Of a DNA stretch of 64,000 bases, positions 59,822-64,000 are shown piece by piece. The stretch is from positions 201-64,200 of the forward strand of contig DASXOZ010000081.1 in assembly GCA_036493895.1 (NCBI GenBank), in the 5' to 3' direction. Under the pieces are notes generated by a model. The model saw nothing but the letters and a program-made list of their open reading frames with translations, was not told the origin of the DNA and searched no databases. Source of the stretch: Candidatus Binatia bacterium (lineage in GTDB: Bacteria; Desulfobacterota; Binatia; UBA1149; CAITLU01). The position numbers and the translations under genes are program-made. Within the stretch, counting starts at the first letter, position 1; the number at the start of each line of letters is the position of its first letter.

Positions 59822-60152
59822 GAAGGCCGGAGATGAGACCATCACGCGTGGTACGACCAATGTGTTTGCCGATCTCGGCTATGCGGATGCCGAAGAGCGA
59901 CAGACAAAGCTGCGGCTCGCGCACGCAATCAATGCGATCCTCGAGCAGCGGCATCTAGTGCAGGCGGACGCAGCAAAGGTGCTGGGTGTCAACCAGCCGA
60001 AAGTCTCGGCATTGACCCGCTACAAGCTCGACGGGTTCTCGGTCGAGCGGTTGATGCTTTTCCTGACGTCTCTTGATCGGGATGTGGAGATTGTGATCAA
60101 GAAGAAAAGGTCGAATCGGAAGCCGGCGCGCATCTCTGTCATTGCTGCGTAG
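59802..60152 (+). CDS. HTH XRE-family antitoxin (HigA / addiction-module antidote-like)
   Basis: NVFADLGYADAEERQTKLRLAHAINAILEQRHLVQADAAKVLGVNQPKVSALTRYKLDGFSVERLMLFLTSLDRDVEIVI. It overlaps the toxin 3' end by 20 nt. Confidence 0.7.
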   Translation: MASARTKKAGDETITRGTTNVFADLGYADAEERQTKLRLAHAINAILEQRHLVQADAAKVLGVNQPKVSALTRYKLDGFSVERLMLFLTSLDRDVEIVIKKKRSNRKPARISVIAA

Positions 60153-60280
60153 CTGGCTAGCCCAGCGTCCCGATCAACACGCTATATCGCCCACGGGCTG
60201 CATCTCTATTCGGACCTCACCGAGTGGGCGCAACGAATGCCTGACGCTTCCGCGGGCAGATCCTACGGCCAGTCGCTAGA

Positions 60281-60333
60281 CACTCTCTCGGGAGTGATTT
60301 GGATGGTTTAACTCGCATCACAACACCGACGCG
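60281..60333. repeat. Right copy of the imperfect direct repeat bounding the island
   Basis: See the 57673-57750 feature. Confidence 0.35.
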
Positions 60334-60399
60334 TTCGGAAAGTACTTCTGCCTCCGCTGGCGCACCACGGACGCCGAAAGCGTCCGCCATGCAAAAGGA

Positions 60400-61980
60400 T
60401 CAGCGCGGGGGAAGCGGCGCCGACCGTGCATCGGCCCGGCGCTGGTCCTCGCCGATACTGAGGCAGGCGGCAGCAAGAAAGACGAGGCCGAAGCCGTCGC
60501 CGATCAGGCTACCGGCCATCAGCGCACTTCCGAGCGAGCCGAGCACCTGCGACAGCCTGCCGACGACGTACGGTCCGAGCGCGAGCCCGATAAACGTGAT
60601 CACGAGCAGGTACACCGCGCCCGCGCTGCCGCGCAGCGCCGGCGGCACGAGGTCGTGCACGCATGCGATGCCGGCTCCGATCCAGGCCGACGAGACGAAC
60701 ATCAGCGGAGCGACGATGACAAACGCGACGGCGTTCGACGAAGAGGCGAGTACCGCGGCAACCAGCGGCGGCGTCGCGCAAGCGACGAGCATGCCGGTCC
60801 ACAGGCGTCCGCGCACGTCACGCTGGCGCAGCACGTCGGCGAGCGCGCCGCCTGCATTGACGCCGAGCCATCCGGCCACGGCAGCGATTCCGCCCACCGT
60901 GAATCCGACCTCGGAGGCAGGAATGCCGCGCACGCGCATGAACCACGGCGCAGCCCAGTAGCCGACCGAGTAGCCGGTGAAAGCAAGGAATCCGAAGCCG
61001 GCGGCCGCGCGACGCAATGTCCGTACATGAAGGATTTCGCGCGCCGTAGCGGGATCGCGACGCGACAGCGCCTGCACCCACGACGTTGCTGCGTAGACGC
61101 CGACGCCAACGGCGCTCCATTGCGCTGCATCCGAGGTTGCTGCCGCCAGCAGCCACGCCGGGATCGCGATCGGGATCGCAGCGGCAACGTTGCGTGCGAG
61201 CGCGCCGCGGCCGCCTTCGGTTGCCGCCGTCCACAGCGTCAGCGGAGGCAGCACGGCCCGCAGCTCGCGGAAAAACTCGGCGCCTGGCGAGACCGGTGCC
61301 GCTTTGGCGGTGCCTTCGCGCAGCGGCTCGCGAAGCGATCGCGTCCACGCCGCGACGAGCAGGCCGGGAAGCCCGACGACGAGAAACGCGACCTGCCATC
61401 CGCGAAGCCCCCACGGCGTGGCGGCGCCGACAAAAGCCGCATCCCAGCGGTCGACGATCTGGCCCCCGAGCATCAGCCCGAGGCCCGCCCCGATGTAGAT
61501 GCCGCTCGAGTAGATCGCGAAGACCGTCGCGCGCCGTGCAGGCGGATACCAGTCCGAAAGCAGCGAAAACGCCGCGGGGGACGCGCTGGCCTCGCCGACG
61601 CCGACTCCGATCCGCGCGGCGGCGAGCGTGCCGAAGCCGCGCGCGAACCCGGAGCACGCCGTCATTGCGCTCCAGAAGGCCAGTCCGACGGCGATCAGCG
61701 AGCGCCGCGTCCACACGTCCGCAAGGCGCCCGAGCGGAATCCCGAACAGCGCGTAGAACACCGCGAAGGCCGTGCCGAACAGGAAACCCATCTGCGAGTC
61801 GGAAAGACCGAGGTCCGCGCGGATGCGCTCGTTCAGGATCGACAGGATCTGGCGATCCAGGAAGTTGAGAACGTAGACGACGACGAGAACGCCCAGGGCG
61901 TAGTGCGGATACCAGCCGTCACCTGCTCGCGTGCTGCCGGGCGTTTCGCCGTCGGGACTGGCAGCGGGCGGTACGGCCAT
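60400..61980 (-). CDS. MFS transporter
   Basis: 14-TM-like profile and an MFS motif near the N-terminus (GIPLGRLADVWTRRSLIAVGL). Confidence 0.85.
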   Translation of the reverse strand: MAVPPAASPDGETPGSTRAGDGWYPHYALGVLVVVYVLNFLDRQILSILNERIRADLGLSDSQMGFLFGTAFAVFYALFGIPLGRLADVWTRRSLIAVGLAFWSAMTACSGFARGFGTLAAARIGVGVGEASASPAAFSLLSDWYPPARRATVFAIYSSGIYIGAGLGLMLGGQIVDRWDAAFVGAATPWGLRGWQVAFLVVGLPGLLVAAWTRSLREPLREGTAKAAPVSPGAEFFRELRAVLPPLTLWTAATEGGRGALARNVAAAIPIAIPAWLLAAATSDAAQWSAVGVGVYAATSWVQALSRRDPATAREILHVRTLRRAAAGFGFLAFTGYSVGYWAAPWFMRVRGIPASEVGFTVGGIAAVAGWLGVNAGGALADVLRQRDVRGRLWTGMLVACATPPLVAAVLASSSNAVAFVIVAPLMFVSSAWIGAGIACVHDLVPPALRGSAGAVYLLVITFIGLALGPYVVGRLSQVLGSLGSALMAGSLIGDGFGLVFLAAACLSIGEDQRRADARSAPLPPR

Positions 61981-61997
61981 GCTAAGGCGGACCCTGC

Positions 61998-62927
61998 ATG
62001 AACGCCGCTCCTCACGCCAGCCGCATCGTCATCGACGCCTGTCCTTTGTGCGGCGCGACGAAGTGGTCGTTGCATTGTGGCGCGGCCTCGCGGTCGCGCG
62101 GCGGTGAAGGCACGAGCGGGCGTCCCCTCGACGGCGAGGACTCGTCCGAAGCCGAGTGGGTTCGCTGCCAGTGCGGGCTCGTCTTCAAGCACCGCGAAGC
62201 AATCGACGCCGTCGACGCGCACGGCGACGGCGACGCGGCGCACGCGGGCCACTACGATTCGCGCTATTTCGGCCGTTATGCGCGGCGCCGGCGCCGCCGC
62301 GTTCGCAAGGCGCGGCGCCAGATCCTCGATGCGCTGGAGTTCGCACCGCAAGGCCGTCTTCTCGATGTGGGGTGCTCGCTCGGTTACACGATGGAGGCGG
62401 CACGCAGCCTCGGGCTCGAGGCCTGCGGTGTCGATGTCTCGGCCGTTGCCGTCGAAGAATGCCGGCGGCGCGGGCTCGAGGCCCGCGCCGGAACGTTGGA
62501 ACAGCTGCCGTGCGAGGACGGGAGCATCGCGGTCGCAGTGCTCAAGCACGTCTTCGAGCACACTCCGGCCCCGCGCGCCGCGCTCGGCGAGCTGAGGCGC
62601 GTGCTCATCAAGGACGGAGCGGTGTTCCTGGCCGTGCCGAACCTCGGTTATTTCAAGGCAGCACGAAGCCCGCAGACCTCGCGGTTCTTTCGCGGCGAGG
62701 CCGGCCGTGCGCACTTCGTCTATTACACGCCGGCAACGCTCGCGCGCCTGCTCGAAAGCGAGGGTTTCGTCGTCTGCAGCGTGCACCCGTTGCTGCGGCA
62801 CCGAAGAGCGGGCCCGCTGCGCCGGCTGCTCGAGGCAGCGCAGGCGCCGCTGCGCGCGCCGTTTCGCGCGCTCGTGGACGTGCTCGGCCTGCGCAAGGAA
62901 TTCTGGCTCGTCGCCGTCAGGATGTGA
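61998..62927 (+). CDS. Class I SAM-dependent methyltransferase with an N-terminal Cys-rich (zinc-ribbon-like) segment
   Basis: LLDVGCSLGYTMEAA (motif I) and AVLKHVFEHTPAP (Methyltransf_11-like). N-terminal CPLCG...CQCG. Confidence 0.8.
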   Translation: MNAAPHASRIVIDACPLCGATKWSLHCGAASRSRGGEGTSGRPLDGEDSSEAEWVRCQCGLVFKHREAIDAVDAHGDGDAAHAGHYDSRYFGRYARRRRRRVRKARRQILDALEFAPQGRLLDVGCSLGYTMEAARSLGLEACGVDVSAVAVEECRRRGLEARAGTLEQLPCEDGSIAVAVLKHVFEHTPAPRAALGELRRVLIKDGAVFLAVPNLGYFKAARSPQTSRFFRGEAGRAHFVYYTPATLARLLESEGFVVCSVHPLLRHRRAGPLRRLLEAAQAPLRAPFRALVDVLGLRKEFWLVAVRM

Positions 62928-63339
62928 GCTGGCGCAGGATGGTCGCCGTGTCGAAATAGACGCGCTCGCAGACCAGGTCGCGGTCCTCGAACACGAAGAA
63001 CGCGGCCATCCGGCACCGGAACTCGCGACCGGTCGGATCGAGTCCCGCCAGCGGCCCGTTGTGGGTGCCGAGCAGCCAGAACTCCGCAACCACGGCGTCG
63101 TCGCAGTGATGCAGCGCGATCAGCTCGTTGCGCTGGTCGGGAAAGGCCGCGCGGCTGGTACGGAAATACTCCGAGACCTCCGCGGCCCCGTCGTGCACCT
63201 GCCCGGTCGCGATCAGCTCGTAGCGCGGATGCCGGAACGTGGCGAGCGTACGCTCGAACTCGTGGACGTTCTCGGACTCCATGTGCTCGCGCACGGTGCG
63301 CTCGCGGTGGGCACGCAGCTCCTGGTCGCTCGTCGTCAT
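62917..63339 (-). CDS. SnoaL-like / ester-cyclase NTF2-fold protein
   Basis: MTTSDQELRAHRERTVREHMESENVHEFERTLATF...VAEFWLLGTHNGPLAGLDPTGREF. The ATG at 63339 lies inside ORF 62917..63420. Confidence 0.65.
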   Translation of the reverse strand: MTTSDQELRAHRERTVREHMESENVHEFERTLATFRHPRYELIATGQVHDGAAEVSEYFRTSRAAFPDQRNELIALHHCDDAVVAEFWLLGTHNGPLAGLDPTGREFRCRMAAFFVFEDRDLVCERVYFDTATILRQLTS

Positions 63340-63340
63340 T

Positions 63341-63847
63341 TCATGTCTCCGGTTCGGCCCTTGGTGCCTCGACGATCGTCGCCTTGGCCAGCGCGAGCAG
63401 CTCTGCGCCGACGCCGGCAAGGAAGCGGATCTGGATGTGGCGTGTGCGCCCGGTGCGATGGATCACTTCGCCTTCGCAGACGAAGTGGTCCTTGATCGGG
63501 CGGAAATAATCGAGCGAAAGGCTCGCGGTGTTGAGCCAGGTCGTCGGTGGCTCGCCGCGATGCGCGGCACGACCGGTGAACACCGCGATGAAGTCGGCAT
63601 ACACCGGCGTGAAGCCGCCGAAGAGATCGCCGCGGGGATTGCGCACCTGGGCCGGCAGGTGGCAGGCCACGCGCAGGAAACCTTCGCGCTCTTCGAGCAG
63701 GTCCCAGTCGTAGGCTTCGAGGAAATCGCCGATCGGATGACCGTGCCCGATCACCCGGCGCGGATCGCTCGTGTGCCATTTGCGCACCAGGGCCTCGAGC
63801 GGATGAGCGCCGCGGTCCTTTCCCGTCGTCGGTGGTGTGGGCGGCAT
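63341..63847 (-). CDS. Hotdog-fold thioesterase (PaaI/4HBT-like)
   Basis: GDLFGGFTPVYADFIAVF and the hotdog core. Confidence 0.65.
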   Translation of the reverse strand: MPPTPPTTGKDRGAHPLEALVRKWHTSDPRRVIGHGHPIGDFLEAYDWDLLEEREGFLRVACHLPAQVRNPRGDLFGGFTPVYADFIAVFTGRAAHRGEPPTTWLNTASLSLDYFRPIKDHFVCEGEVIHRTGRTRHIQIRFLAGVGAELLALAKATIVEAPRAEPET

Positions 63848-63857
63848 CGGCGCCTGG

Positions 63858-64000
63858 TCAGTTCTGCGCCGGCACGTCGCCGGCGGGCACTTCGGAGCCG
63901 GCAGAAGGCGCTGGCTGCGATGGCGAAGCAGCAGACGGAACGCCCGCCGGTGTCAACGTGCCTTGCTGGGCAGCGGCGCCGGCCGACGGAGCCTTCGACT
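63858..64000 (-). CDS. 3' end of a gene encoding a Pro/Ala/Ser-rich C-terminus. The gene continues past the window end.
   Basis: Reverse-strand translation reads ...ASPSQPAPSAGSEVPAGDVPAQN* with a stop at 63858-63860. Confidence 0.3.
   Translation of the reverse strand, partial: SKAPSAGAAAQQGTLTPAGVPSAASPSQPAPSAGSEVPAGDVPAQN

Overview
This is a high-GC (roughly 68-70%) bacterial chromosomal segment that is densely coding on both strands. Most of it is housekeeping or metabolic: a complete Rrf2-sufBCDS-sufU-sufT Fe-S assembly operon, inorganic pyrophosphatase, RecQ, an aldehyde dehydrogenase, SDRs, an Mla/MCE-type lipid transport operon, and an OmpR/HK two-component system with a Spy/CpxP-like gene. 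Several F420-type enzymes (LLM oxidoreductase, DUF385 FDOR) sit alongside Gram-negative-style envelope proteins (MlaD, PqiC-like lipoprotein), so the host cannot be placed from this window.

The most unusual features are:
- A single 773-aa ORF fuses EgtD (histidine N-methyltransferase) to EgtB (sulfoxide synthase), a fungal Egt1-like architecture. It is translationally coupled to an enolase-superfamily gene and an OpuC-type betaine ABC transporter, and sits divergent to eutBC.
- Two lower-GC islands. One (about 39.96-41.26 kb) carries two secreted proteins of unknown function. The other (about 57.67-60.33 kb) has decayed gene fragments, a rho-independent terminator, and a HigB/Gp49-like toxin with an apparent in-frame internal deletion next to an intact HTH antitoxin and a palindromic operator. 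It is flanked by imperfect direct repeats that may be att remnants.
- A TetR repressor with two perfect palindromic operators controlling a ferritin-like diiron protein.
- A His-rich, internally repetitive secreted protein.
- A hisI gene that appears co-transcribed with a molybdopterin oxidoreductase.
- An SDR-AhpD-P450-FDOR-redoxin cassette.

I did not recognise any CRISPR array, rRNA or tRNA. Every call rests on reading the translated ORFs and the raw sequence; no searches were run.
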